This document shows, one piece after another, positions 46,023 through 55,786 of a DNA stretch of 55,786 nucleotides. Every line of letters begins with the position of its first letter. The first letter of the stretch is position 1. The stretch is from UHGV virus genome UHGV-0208856. One strand, written 5' to 3'. Source of the stretch: a virus. A program made the translations under genes and the position numbers. The notes beneath the pieces were generated by a model that was not told where the DNA came from, made no database searches, and saw only the letters and a list, made by a program, of their open reading frames with translations.

Positions 46023-47795
46023 ATGTCGGAAACGATTGCGACCGTCGAGCTTGAACGCGAACCGACGGTGACGGAAAAAGTTATCGAACGGTACAACAAA
46101 ATAGCAAGTCAGTATTTCCCCATGCTGTCAACGGGCGCGATTGAATCGGCTTTCGGGCGTGCGGGGTTCATGGCGAACCAACCGCAGATACAGAACGCCC
46201 GTGTCAAAGGCATACCGACACTTCCCGCGGAATTTTCAAAGGAACAAGTCGGAGATATGCTCCGCGCGGCATACGAAAACGAAGTAGGGCTGCGCGCAGT
46301 GTCGCAGACGTTGCGGCATACGGCATACCCGTATTTCAAGATAACAAAGACAGCGCAGGACATACCGACCTACCATCACTACACGCGCCCCGTGAACATA
46401 ACGGGCGAGGAAGCGAAAGAAAAGGCTTTCAAGCGTGAAGCGTCGCTTTTAGATAAGCTGTCGAAAACTATGCGCCCGGAAATGTGCGCTCACAAGATAG
46501 CGGGGCAGTGCGCAACACTCGGCAAAGTGTACTATGTGCCGCGCTATGAAGTGGACAAAGCGCACAACAAGGTCGAGTATGCGTTTTTGCAGCAGCTTCC
46601 CGAGGATTGGTGTACGATAATCGGGTACAATTCCGTGAGCGGGTACACCGTGTCGTTCAATATGATGTACTTCCTGCAACCCGGCACGGATGTAAAGCAA
46701 TTCGGCGACCTTTTCGACCCGTACCTTGACGATTTCAACGCTATATTCGAGCCGCCGAAAACGGGAACAAAAGTCGTGTACGCTTCGCGCCCAAGCGTGA
46801 TGTGCAAGGGCAAGCGGCTTAACCTTTACCCCGAAAACATAGCGGATGGCGGCGCAGGGAATCCGCGCTTGTTTATGCAAAACGGGCGTTGGCTTTACTG
46901 GGTGTCGCTCCCCGTTGAGCGCGTGTGGACATACGAAATAGACGACACGATAGCCGCCGTCGTTCCTCCGCTTGCGGGGCTTATGCTTACCTACGGGCAA
47001 CAGGGCGACTACGAACAGGCACAATTGAGTTTGCTTCTGAACCCGCTTATAAAGATATTCACGGGTTCGATACCGTACTTTTCGGACAACGGCACGGTCA
47101 AAGAAGATGCGTACAAGCTGTCTGTCGGCGGCAGGCTGTTGTTTGAATCGTACTTTAACCAAATGATGGCGGCGAACAATACGGGCGGCACGGCGTTCTA
47201 TACCGCGCCTGTGGACGACATAAAGTCGCATGATTATGCCGCAAGCGCAAACGCGAACGAGATAAGCGAAAGCTTCAACCGCTACGGCATGGAAAAAGCG
47301 GGGCTTTCGTCAATACTCCCCGTAGCAGAAGATGTCAAGGCGGCGCAAGTCGAAGCGTCAAAGCAGATAGAAAGCCGTTTTGTTACGGCAACGGTGTACC
47401 CGCAATTCTGCCGCATGATGAATCAGATATACGCTTCACTGCGGCTCAATTACGATTGGGACTTTACAATGTTCGGCACGATCTTCACAGACGACAAAAT
47501 CCGCGAGAACGCGCAGAAAGCGCTTGCAAACGGCGACACATCGGCACATTTTATTCTTGCGGCGCTTGATGGGCAGAGCTGGCTCGACAAGCTTTCGATG
47601 ATGCACTGCATAAGCGAGAGCGGAATGTTGGATATGCTCATACCGCCTATAACATCATACACAATGAAACAGGACACGAACGGCGGTCTCCCGCCGCAGA
47701 ACGGCAGACCGAGAAAGACGATAGAGGAAGTCGGCGCGGGCGAAGCAGGAGAAAGCACGGAGGATGCGATAGATGCGTACGGAACGGGCGATTGA
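46023..47795 (+). CDS. Portal protein (putative)
   Basis: 590 aa after the terminase; C-terminal PP.TSYT...GRP motif typical of portals. Confidence 0.75.
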   Translation: MSETIATVELEREPTVTEKVIERYNKIASQYFPMLSTGAIESAFGRAGFMANQPQIQNARVKGIPTLPAEFSKEQVGDMLRAAYENEVGLRAVSQTLRHTAYPYFKITKTAQDIPTYHHYTRPVNITGEEAKEKAFKREASLLDKLSKTMRPEMCAHKIAGQCATLGKVYYVPRYEVDKAHNKVEYAFLQQLPEDWCTIIGYNSVSGYTVSFNMMYFLQPGTDVKQFGDLFDPYLDDFNAIFEPPKTGTKVVYASRPSVMCKGKRLNLYPENIADGGAGNPRLFMQNGRWLYWVSLPVERVWTYEIDDTIAAVVPPLAGLMLTYGQQGDYEQAQLSLLLNPLIKIFTGSIPYFSDNGTVKEDAYKLSVGGRLLFESYFNQMMAANNTGGTAFYTAPVDDIKSHDYAASANANEISESFNRYGMEKAGLSSILPVAEDVKAAQVEASKQIESRFVTATVYPQFCRMMNQIYASLRLNYDWDFTMFGTIFTDDKIRENAQKALANGDTSAHFILAALDGQSWLDKLSMMHCISESGMLDMLIPPITSYTMKQDTNGGLPPQNGRPRKTIEEVGAGEAGESTEDAIDAYGTGD

Positions 47796-47945
47796 CACAA
47801 TAGCCGACATTGAAGCCGTCATAAGAGCGATAATAAAGAGCGGCGACGATGTTGAAATACGCTCGTCGAAAGATTCTATAAAGGTTCTGCGGGTATCGAA
47901 AACGGTGGTAGGTATGCTGCCGAAGGAACGAAAGGACAGTGCCGT

Positions 47946-48245
47946 ATGAGCCTTATAGAAGAAAGCGGCGAACTCCGTCGCATGATCGAGCGGATATGCG
48001 ACGAGCGGATAAAGGAAAAGACAAGAGAGTGCTTCCGTACCTACAAGGCGCGTGTTGTGACAGCGCCGAACGGAACGGTATGCAGGGTGCGGTTGGTAGC
48101 AGACGACACGGTTCTTGACTTGCCGTACATCTCGAACCTCCCTACGCTCCGCTCGGGTGATATGTGCCAAGTGGCGGTTGCGGGCGGCTCGTTTAGAAAC
48201 GCCTTCGTGCTGTCAAATGCGTCGTTCACCTGTAAAATAACATAA
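47946..48245 (+). CDS. Small OB-fold-like virion protein (putative)
   Basis: N-terminal helix then TYKARVV...L..GD.V.V pattern resembling baseplate OB-fold proteins. Confidence 0.45.
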   Translation: MSLIEESGELRRMIERICDERIKEKTRECFRTYKARVVTAPNGTVCRVRLVADDTVLDLPYISNLPTLRSGDMCQVAVAGGSFRNAFVLSNASFTCKIT

Positions 48246-48256
48246 CGGAGGAAACA

Positions 48257-48754
48257 ATGAAACGAATAAATACAATCGACCTGTATGTTGACGGCAACGA
48301 CCCTTCCACGGGCGTTGTGATGAACGATCAAATCAGCAAAGCCGTACTCATCGACAATGCCGATGCAGACACATTGCAAGTGGAACTCCCTATTTCCGAC
48401 ACGGCGGGGGAATTGAAAGGGACCGTAGCCGTGTTTGGTTCAACCGCTCCCATTTCTCCGCAGATGTGGGAAGCAGTGCGGCAGAAATGGGTTGATGCCT
48501 ACGGAACAGAACCCACGAGAGAGGAATTGCTTGTGTATTGCGGCTTTCTTGCAGAAGGAGGGAACGTTCCGCTCGATATGCTCGCCGGAATAAATATGCA
48601 AACCCTCAATGTTTTTTCGGGCAGGGTCGGCAGCGGTGACGGTGCGGCAATCTTTCTTATCGAAGGATGTGCGCAATTGCTCGTCTGCGTGAGCGCAAAC
48701 GCTTCTTCCCAAAAAGCACGCGCAAGAGCGGCATTTACGCTGATTTCGGAGTAA
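48257..48754 (+). CDS. Hypothetical protein (165 aa)
   Basis: Strong SD ggagga. Confidence 0.6.
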   Translation: MKRINTIDLYVDGNDPSTGVVMNDQISKAVLIDNADADTLQVELPISDTAGELKGTVAVFGSTAPISPQMWEAVRQKWVDAYGTEPTREELLVYCGFLAEGGNVPLDMLAGINMQTLNVFSGRVGSGDGAAIFLIEGCAQLLVCVSANASSQKARARAAFTLISE

Positions 48755-48960
48755 GAGAGCGGCTATGCGCAAGTGCTTATTTGGTATATGAAGAACACTA
48801 CGGCTGTAACGGGCATATGGGCGCGGCTGACGGCAGATTAACACATTGAATACACGCTCACGGCAAAGGGTGCTGTGAGTACAAAAAGCCAAGCAGGGCT
48901 GTGAAACATCGCAGAAGCGGTGTGTTTGCAGCTCTGCTTTTTGTATTGAGGTACACAGGA

Positions 48961-49506
48961 ATGAATTTCAGAGAAACATACGGCTACGGCAATCCGTTTT
49001 ATGCGCCGATACGCGACCCCGCAAGGGCTGTCATAGCGGCGTATCAGACGGCGAACCGTTTTCTCGATACGGCGCAGGAATACGCCTATATCGAGGAAGG
49101 TATGCCGAATCTCGCAGCGGCGATACACAGGCAGGCACACAAGTACCCGCTGCGGTTCGACGATTTCGCAGATATGCTTCACGAACGCCATCTCATGGCT
49201 GAATATCCCGCAACGCCCGAACTTGACTGGCGCGAGGAACTGAAAAGCGTGAACGATGTTTTTGCGCTCGTTCTGCGGGTGATGGACAGCATACATGAAG
49301 CACTTGAAGGCTTCCGCAACGCAACCGACAACGGCGGTTTCCGAGAAATGGCGCTCAAAGCGGAGGAACTCATGCTCCAAAATTCGCAAGACTGTACGAA
49401 ATTTCTTGAAGCGTGGGCGCGTTGGGACACAGACGGCGGGAGCAAAACAAGCTTTGATTCGTGGTGCAGAGAGTATTTCACGGAGGACGGTGATAAGACG
49501 GCATGA
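48961..49506 (+). CDS. Ferritin/Dps-like four-helix-bundle protein (putative)
   Basis: 181 aa helical; IH.QAH.....FDDFAD pattern resembles ferritin-like metal-binding helices. Confidence 0.5.
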   Translation: MNFRETYGYGNPFYAPIRDPARAVIAAYQTANRFLDTAQEYAYIEEGMPNLAAAIHRQAHKYPLRFDDFADMLHERHLMAEYPATPELDWREELKSVNDVFALVLRVMDSIHEALEGFRNATDNGGFREMALKAEELMLQNSQDCTKFLEAWARWDTDGGSKTSFDSWCREYFTEDGDKTA

Positions 49507-50870
49507 ACGGCTTTAAGACCGTAAATATCGGCGGCACGGCGAGGGGATTCTCCGCAGACGGCGAAATCCGCGTGTGCGCCGAAACAAAGGGTCTGCAAAG
49601 AAAAGTCGAAGTGTGGCTTCTGAACGGAGCGGTCAATGAAAACAATTGGCGCTACGAACGACTTGAAGAACACAAAAGGCTCTTTGCGGAAACACCCATA
49701 CTCGTTGCCTATGTCGGAAACAAGATAGGCGACGGACACAACTTTACGGAGGTTATCGACAGGGACGGGAACAAAGTACCGTCGTTCATCGGTGCAACCT
49801 CCGAAAGAATCGTCGGCTATTTCAAAAGCGACAGCGATATTCGCTTTGAAGAACGCGACGGGAAAAAGTGGATAGTCGGAACCGGTTATATATGGACGTG
49901 GTACGCGGTGGAACTCGTCGAAAAGATCGAGAAACAGGGTCTCGGCGGTATGCCCGTGAGCATTGAAACACTGGTTGATGAAATGCACATGGACGGCTCG
50001 ACGGAAGTATTCACCAAGTATCAAATCCTCGGAACGACTATTCTCGGCGACGATGTACAGCCTGCGGTTCGTGACGCGCGAATCCGCGCGTTGTCTGCCG
50101 TCGGCGCAGACGAAGTGAAAAAAATAACACTCCGTGTTGCGTCTGCGGTCGTCGATAGCGAACCGAACAGCACACCGAAACAATCCGCAACAAACAAAAA
50201 GAAAGGAAAAACCAGAATGAAACTCAACGAACTTGAACCGAAATTCCCCGATTACAAGGTTCTTGCCGCAGGCGAAAACGGTGTTGTCCTTATGGACAAC
50301 GGCGGGAATATATATCTTTCCTCCGCCGAAAAGAACGGCGTAGAAATCATCGTCGGCGCGAAAACCAACGCAACGGGGACTATCAGCGTAACAGACGGCG
50401 AGCGCACCGTTGAAGTCGGTCTTGAAGATGTTATCGACAGGCTGAACACTTCTGCGGAGCTTGAACAGGAAAAGACGGCGAGACAAGCCGCCGAAACCGC
50501 ACTTGCGACCATGCAGAAGAACGAGAAAAAGCGCAGGATGGCGGAAGCAAAGAAGGCTGTCACTGACAGGCTTGCGGAAATCCGCGCACTCAACGCCGAC
50601 GACATCGCCGAAAACGAGTGCGACGACCTCATCACCGACGAAGCACTTGAAGCTTACGCCGAAATGGAAAACGCCGACGGCGATTTCTGCGGCGACGAAA
50701 AAGCCCGTGCCGATGTTGATGCTCGTTGCATGACGAAGATTCTTGCCGCGCAGACCGCGAAGAACAACGCCGCAAAGAAGCACTTTGCGTGGGATGTTGC
50801 CGCGAACGCCGCAAAAAATACTCCGCAGGACGATGTAGACGCTTACATCCACGGCGTACTCAACAAATAA
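49503..50870 (+). CDS. Prohead protease-scaffold fusion (putative)
   Basis: N.N.W, GH, VSIE and TILG....PA protease-like N-domain; internal SD+ATG (gaaagga..MKLNE) before an acidic coiled-coil scaffold. Confidence 0.7.
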   Translation: MNGFKTVNIGGTARGFSADGEIRVCAETKGLQRKVEVWLLNGAVNENNWRYERLEEHKRLFAETPILVAYVGNKIGDGHNFTEVIDRDGNKVPSFIGATSERIVGYFKSDSDIRFEERDGKKWIVGTGYIWTWYAVELVEKIEKQGLGGMPVSIETLVDEMHMDGSTEVFTKYQILGTTILGDDVQPAVRDARIRALSAVGADEVKKITLRVASAVVDSEPNSTPKQSATNKKKGKTRMKLNELEPKFPDYKVLAAGENGVVLMDNGGNIYLSSAEKNGVEIIVGAKTNATGTISVTDGERTVEVGLEDVIDRLNTSAELEQEKTARQAAETALATMQKNEKKRRMAEAKKAVTDRLAEIRALNADDIAENECDDLITDEALEAYAEMENADGDFCGDEKARADVDARCMTKILAAQTAKNNAAKKHFAWDVAANAAKNTPQDDVDAYIHGVLNK

Positions 50871-50894
50871 ACAATTCAGAAAGGAAAAACAATC

Positions 50895-51536
50895 ATGGCA
50901 AATTACGGATTCCAATACAAGGTCGGCGACATAACGACCCGTGGTTCGCAGAATGTCGCGGGCAAATTCGGCTCTTTCAGCTCGAACAATTTCGTTCCCG
51001 CCGATGCGTTTCAGGGTCAGCTTGTCGTTCCGCAGTCTCTTATTCCCTGCGAGGGCTACGCTTCCGCGAAAAACAAGGATGGCAACGCGCTCGGCACCAT
51101 ATACAACGGTAACACATGGTACTTTGTAGCGCCCACTAACGGCAACTCCGGCAAGCGCTACGGCGACCACACGGGCATTTATGCCGTCAACAACTACGAT
51201 GTCAGCAAAGCTACTTTCGCCGATCAGACCCTCAACTTTGGCGCAAACACTCTCGGTGTCGGGCTTCCTGCCGATACCATGGGCGACTTTACCGAGCTGA
51301 TTGTCGGCGAACAGTACAAGTTTGCTTCTGACAACTTCACCACGCAAGCCGTTGTCGGTCAGTATGCGACCATTGCCGCTTCCGGCAAGCTTACTCCTTC
51401 CGCATCCGAACCCGCCGCAGGCTCGGGCGTGTACTTCAAAATTCTCCGCTCCGAACCGTTCAACGAGGGCGCTTCCTTCTACGGCACAGGTTATGTCGTA
51501 CAGGTTCTCCGCACTCTCGAAGCGGCAGCGGGCTAA
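50895..51536 (+). CDS. Head decoration/capsid-associated protein (putative)
   Basis: 213 aa between scaffold and major capsid genes. Confidence 0.55.
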   Translation: MANYGFQYKVGDITTRGSQNVAGKFGSFSSNNFVPADAFQGQLVVPQSLIPCEGYASAKNKDGNALGTIYNGNTWYFVAPTNGNSGKRYGDHTGIYAVNNYDVSKATFADQTLNFGANTLGVGLPADTMGDFTELIVGEQYKFASDNFTTQAVVGQYATIAASGKLTPSASEPAAGSGVYFKILRSEPFNEGASFYGTGYVVQVLRTLEAAAG

Positions 51537-51560
51537 TCAAAAGAAAGGGGAAATAAAATA

Positions 51561-52811
51561 ATGTCTCTCAAACTCAATTCGCTCGACAAGAGCATATACG
51601 AAAGCAACGGCACCCAAGATGTGACCGTGCGTGTAAACGGCAAAGACATTTCCCGCAGACAGATCGTCAGCGTGGGTCGTCATGTTGCGGTTGAATACAT
51701 GGGCGGCAAACTGAACGAGTGTGTCGCAAGAGAAAACGCAGGCGAGAAATTCGTTTCCCGCTACGACAGCCCCCGCGACTTCAACGAAGTCAACAAAGCG
51801 CACACCGACGATGTATTCGCCTTCTGCGCGGCGCTTGCTTACAAAGCTGTCGGTCGTGAAGCTCCCGCTTCCGTTGCCGACATGAAGAAAGATCTGTCGC
51901 TTGCAACCGACAGAACCTTCCTCAACGCCCTTGCCGCAATCACTGTCGATGTCATTCAGCCCGTAATGTTCAGCGTGTATTCCGATGTTGCCGCTCGTGG
52001 CTTCATGCAATGGGAAGAAATCCCGTTCGGTCAGAGCAAGGCAATCGAAATCCGCTCCAACGATGTATTTCTCTTTGAAGATAGCTCGTGGGGTTCTTCC
52101 CGCAGTGCGTCCTACAACGAGCTTTTCGCAAAGACCCTCGTTCTCACCCCGAAGCTCTACACCACACAGGCAAAGATCAAGTGGTATCAGAACATCGTCA
52201 ACGGCGACATGGGTGCGTACTACGCGGCAATCATGGGCGGTATGTGGAACAAGATTTACGCCATCCTCATGGAGAAGCTTGCTTCCGCCGCAAACAACAC
52301 CGCGTACATCCCCGCAGGGCTCACCGCAAGCACCTACACCACCACAAACTTCAATCAGATTTCCTCTATCGTGGCTGCGGTAAACGGTGTTTCCCGCAGC
52401 GACCTCGTTGCGTTCGGTAAACTCAACGCTCTTTCCAAGATTCTCCCGACCGACGGCGCAGGCGCGGCTATCACCGGGCTGCAATACGGTCTCGGTGAAA
52501 AGTGGTTCGAGCGCGGCTACCTTCCCAACGCAGGCGGCGTTCAACTCATCGAAATCCCGCCCGTCATTATACCGGGTACGCAGAACAGCACTCTCGGCAT
52601 AATCGACACCGGGAACAACATCTATATCGGCGCAAAAGCGGGTATGGGTTACGCACCGTTCTACGGCGGCTTCTACGAAGGTTCGCCCATCACTCTCACC
52701 CTCACCCCGCGTGAAACGAGAGATTTCACCATCGACCTCAATGTGACGGCTACGTTCGACATCAAGCCCGTTTTCGCAAGCAAGGTCGGCGTTATCACCA
52801 ACGTAGCATAA
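51561..52811 (+). CDS. Major capsid protein (putative)
   Basis: 416 aa, strongly biased codon usage, canonical position after portal-protease-decoration. Confidence 0.75.
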   Translation: MSLKLNSLDKSIYESNGTQDVTVRVNGKDISRRQIVSVGRHVAVEYMGGKLNECVARENAGEKFVSRYDSPRDFNEVNKAHTDDVFAFCAALAYKAVGREAPASVADMKKDLSLATDRTFLNALAAITVDVIQPVMFSVYSDVAARGFMQWEEIPFGQSKAIEIRSNDVFLFEDSSWGSSRSASYNELFAKTLVLTPKLYTTQAKIKWYQNIVNGDMGAYYAAIMGGMWNKIYAILMEKLASAANNTAYIPAGLTASTYTTTNFNQISSIVAAVNGVSRSDLVAFGKLNALSKILPTDGAGAAITGLQYGLGEKWFERGYLPNAGGVQLIEIPPVIIPGTQNSTLGIIDTGNNIYIGAKAGMGYAPFYGGFYEGSPITLTLTPRETRDFTIDLNVTATFDIKPVFASKVGVITNVA

Positions 52812-52856
52812 CGCACAGCGTTACACCCACGGAGGGCGTTCATTCGCCCTCCATGC

Positions 52857-52898
52857 CGGAGCAAAGGTAATCATGGCGGTTCGATTCCGCCGGCTCCG
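52857..52898 (+). ncRNA. tRNA-like minihelix (acceptor-like stem plus T-arm)
   Basis: cggagc ... ggcgg-TTCGATT-ccgcc-g-gctccg; lacks D and anticodon arms. Confidence 0.45.
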
Positions 52899-52940
52899 TT
52901 TGAAAATACAGACACATAAAACACAAAGGAGTGTGCAGAA

Positions 52941-53678
52941 ATGCCGACAGAAACGAAGAAAAAGGCAAACACCGCACCGAAAGCGCCCGAAGCGGCGGTC
53001 GCGGAAACAGAGAAAACCACAACGGCAGAACCCGCTGGGGCGGGAAAAACCTTCACAGAAGCGGAGCTGAACGCGATGATCGCGGCGGCAGTGCAGAAAG
53101 CGCTTGCGAATGTGCCGCAAGCAACACAGACGGTCGTTGTAGCGCCCGAAGAAACCGTGACAGTGGTATTCTTCGGCGGCATCGCGCGTGGCACTACGGT
53201 GCGTATAAACGGCGATATGGGGTACATCAACCGCGACGGCGGCTCTCGTGAGTTTCCCAAGCGCGAGTTTCTTTCCAAGCTTGACAAGGTGACGGAGGAC
53301 TTACTTGCAGAACGCAAGCTCATCATTGTTGACGGTCTGACGGACGAGGAACGCGAAAGATACGGCGTGCTTTACACCGAGGGCGAGCTTCTGAACGAAC
53401 ACCGTTTTGCGAAGCTGCTTGAATACGACGTTGACGAACTCACAGCTCTTTACAAGCTGCTTTGCGCGGCGCACAAAGACCTCGTTGCAAAGCTGCTTAT
53501 CACGGCGCTTGAAGGTGGGGACACCCGTGTGACGGTGGAAAAAGTCCAAGCGTTGCGCGAGATCGACAAGCAGAACGCCGCCAACGAAAACCGCGACAGA
53601 TTTCAACGACTGCTTTCGGCGATGACGCGCCGCGCAGTCGATGGAGATTTAACAAAGAAAACGGAGGACAACGAATGA
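52941..53678 (+). CDS. Hypothetical protein following the capsid gene
   Basis: 245 aa, SD aaggag, low-complexity N-terminus. Confidence 0.6.
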   Translation: MPTETKKKANTAPKAPEAAVAETEKTTTAEPAGAGKTFTEAELNAMIAAAVQKALANVPQATQTVVVAPEETVTVVFFGGIARGTTVRINGDMGYINRDGGSREFPKREFLSKLDKVTEDLLAERKLIIVDGLTDEERERYGVLYTEGELLNEHRFAKLLEYDVDELTALYKLLCAAHKDLVAKLLITALEGGDTRVTVEKVQALREIDKQNAANENRDRFQRLLSAMTRRAVDGDLTKKTEDNE

Positions 53679-53980
53679 AAATCAACTGGAAAGTAAGGCT
53701 CAAAAACAAGGCATTTTGGATTTCCCTAATCCCCGCGCTCATCGTGCTTTTTCAACAGATTCTGCGCCTTTTCGGCGTGGAATTTGACGTGGGTTCGGTA
53801 CAGGAAAACATCCTCGCAGTCGTAAACACGCTGTTTGTTGTGCTGTCAATTCTCGGCATCGTGGTAGACCCTACCACGCGCGGTATGAGCGACAGCATAC
53901 GCGCTATGAGATATGAAAAGCCCCACGCCGATATAGATGAAAACGACGCGGATGGCGCAGACGGCGCAGACAACAAATAA
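53675..53980 (+). CDS. Holin, phi-LC3 family
   Basis: MKINWKVRLKNKAFW...GIVVDPTT.G.SDS.RA..Y.KP signature. Confidence 0.93.
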   Translation: MKINWKVRLKNKAFWISLIPALIVLFQQILRLFGVEFDVGSVQENILAVVNTLFVVLSILGIVVDPTTRGMSDSIRAMRYEKPHADIDENDADGADGADNK

Positions 53981-54013
53981 TACGACAAAAACGGGAAGCC
54001 AAGGAGGGCTGAA

Positions 54014-55087
54014 ATGAGCGGGACACCGATTCCTATCGAGCTAAAACAAAAATGCGTTGAGATGGTGCAAAGCGGCATGACTGCGCGTGAAGCCTACAAG
54101 GTTTTCGCGGCGGAACACCCGCAGATGAATTATCAGACCTTCAAAGTCAAGATACATCACTGGCGGCGCGGGGCTATGGCAGACAGCAAAACGCTCTGCG
54201 CGGGGACATTCGGCAACTTCACCGCACACAACGCAACGGTGCAAGTAGACGGCGACGGCAACATCCGTCAAGCGTGGATCAAGCAAGGCTCGGACGGCAT
54301 CTGCACCGAGGACATTCTCGAAGCGATAAAGACCGATGTTTTGCCGATTGAAATCGCACCGCCGAAGGGCGAACCCGAAAGAGCAATGCTTGAAATCCCG
54401 CTTTTCGATATGCACTTCGGCATTGCGCGGCTTCACACCTACGCCGAAACGCTGACGGATCTGATTACCGCCATCCGCGCAAAGCACTACGACGAGATAA
54501 ACATCGTTTTCGGACAGGATATGCTTCACACAAACGATATGCGCGGTCACACAGTGAAAGGCACGGCGATAGACCGTATTGACTTTCCGCAGGCGTGGTC
54601 GGATGCAAGCTCGTTCTGGCACACGGTATTCCGTGAAGCGCTGGCTCACGCTTCAACCGTCAACGCGATATATTCGGCAGGAAATCACGACGAATGTACA
54701 TCATGGTGCTTGTTTAAGGCACTGGAAGCGGCGTTTCCGCAAGCCGAGTTTGACGATGAGATAAAGCCCCGCAAGGTCATATCATGGCGGCGTTGCTTCA
54801 TCGGCATAACGCACGGAGATGGCGCGAAAAGCGCACCGCACGACTTGCGCGGACAGTTTTCCATCGGCTTCCCGTTGGAGTTTGCAAATGCAGATGTGCG
54901 CGAAATACACGCAGGGCATTTGCACCACGAAAAAGAAGCGGACATTTACGGCGTAATGCTGCGCCGCACATCGACCGCAACGCCCACCACCGATTGGGGC
55001 GAAAACGAAGGATTCACGGGCGCGATAAAGCGTTTTGCCCTTTTTGAGTGGACACCCGGAAAACTCAAAACAATTCACTACATTTAA
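54014..55087 (+). CDS. Calcineurin-like metallophosphoesterase with N-terminal HTH
   Basis: DMHFG, GQD, GNHD, THGD and GHLH metal-binding motifs. Confidence 0.85.
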   Translation: MSGTPIPIELKQKCVEMVQSGMTAREAYKVFAAEHPQMNYQTFKVKIHHWRRGAMADSKTLCAGTFGNFTAHNATVQVDGDGNIRQAWIKQGSDGICTEDILEAIKTDVLPIEIAPPKGEPERAMLEIPLFDMHFGIARLHTYAETLTDLITAIRAKHYDEINIVFGQDMLHTNDMRGHTVKGTAIDRIDFPQAWSDASSFWHTVFREALAHASTVNAIYSAGNHDECTSWCLFKALEAAFPQAEFDDEIKPRKVISWRRCFIGITHGDGAKSAPHDLRGQFSIGFPLEFANADVREIHAGHLHHEKEADIYGVMLRRTSTATPTTDWGENEGFTGAIKRFALFEWTPGKLKTIHYI

Positions 55088-55098
55088 GGAGTGCAACG

Positions 55099-55786
55099 AT
55101 GGCTTCATGTATATGGAAATGGTTGTTTTTCGCGGCGCGAAACAAAATCCCGAAAGACAAATCACTCACGATAACGAAAAACGGCACAACGACCGCGCCC
55201 GCAGGGACACGGTACACGCCGATAACGGTCAATGTACCTATTCCCGCGGAAAAGAAAATACAGTCAACGAAATCCGTCACCGTTTCCGAGAACGGCTCAT
55301 CGGAAATCGCGCCCGATACAGGCTATGACGGAATTGCCAAGGTGAACTTGACAACGAGCGTCCCCGTTCCCACCGTGCAAGCCACGAAAGCCGTGACCCT
55401 CACCGAGAACGGCACAACGAGCGTAACACCCGATTCGGGGTTCGATGTGCTGCAAAAGGTCGAAGTCACCACCGATGTTCCCGAAAAGCAAATTCAAGCC
55501 TCGAAGGCGGTGACAATCACCGAGAACGGGGCGACAAATGTTACTCCCGACGCGGGCTATGACGGGCTTGCAAAAGTCGCTGTCACCACCAATGTTCCCG
55601 TTCCTGCCGTGCAAGCCACGAAAGCCGTAACCCTCACCGAGAACGGCACAACGAGCGTAACACCCGATTCGGGGTTCGACGTGCTGCAAAAGGTCGAAGT
55701 CACCACCAATGTCCCCGAAAAGCAAATTCAAGCCTCGAAGGCGGTGACAATCACCGAGAACGGGGCGACAAATGTTACTCCCGACG
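55099..55786 (+). CDS. Fibre/adhesin-like protein with tandem 39-aa repeats (partial, runs off the window; absent from the ORF track)
   Basis: SD aaggag, ATG 55099, open to the end; repeat K.VT.TENG.T.VTPD.G.D.L.KV.VTT.VP; DNA period 234 bp (55375 vs 55609). Confidence 0.8.
   Translation, partial: MASCIWKWLFFAARNKIPKDKSLTITKNGTTTAPAGTRYTPITVNVPIPAEKKIQSTKSVTVSENGSSEIAPDTGYDGIAKVNLTTSVPVPTVQATKAVTLTENGTTSVTPDSGFDVLQKVEVTTDVPEKQIQASKAVTITENGATNVTPDAGYDGLAKVAVTTNVPVPAVQATKAVTLTENGTTSVTPDSGFDVLQKVEVTTNVPEKQIQASKAVTITENGATNVTPD

Noticed and set aside
49179..52544. Long minus-strand ORFs (722 aa and 335 aa), and similar ones opposite the tape measure gene
   Set aside because: Antisense shadows of strongly codon-biased structural genes; no SD sites or motifs.

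Overview
The window is most of a temperate tailed phage genome, probably a siphovirus of a Clostridia-type Firmicute (inferred from sigma-A promoters, Shine-Dalgarno sites and gene content). It is in the non-integrated configuration: attP lies intact mid-window. Layout: virion/tail genes (1-14.2 kb, +); a GC-rich leftward accessory block with a second tyrosine recombinase and a polyvalent-type protein (14.2-18.8 kb); a ~1.2 kb non-coding region with a 56-bp AT-rich palindrome; cysteine desulfurase plus tRNA-Gln(UUG); attP (tmRNA or tRNA-Ala 3' end) and integrase; an unusual immunity region; recombination/replication genes (SSB, YqaJ, RecT, RuvC-like); two DNA methyltransferases with out-of-frame internal modules; many small accessory ORFs; terminase, portal, head genes, holin, a metallophosphoesterase and a repeat-rich fibre gene cut by the window end. 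The strongest candidate for an undescribed system is the immunity region (25.4-27.9 kb). It holds five paralogous XRE repressor genes (six HTH domains) stacked as cassettes, most with their own divergent promoter/operator, and the last cassette is bounded by a 46-bp direct repeat. The second candidate is an amino-methyltransferase whose variable region is dual-coded in two frames between two simple-sequence repeats. All product calls come from motif reading only; no searches were run.
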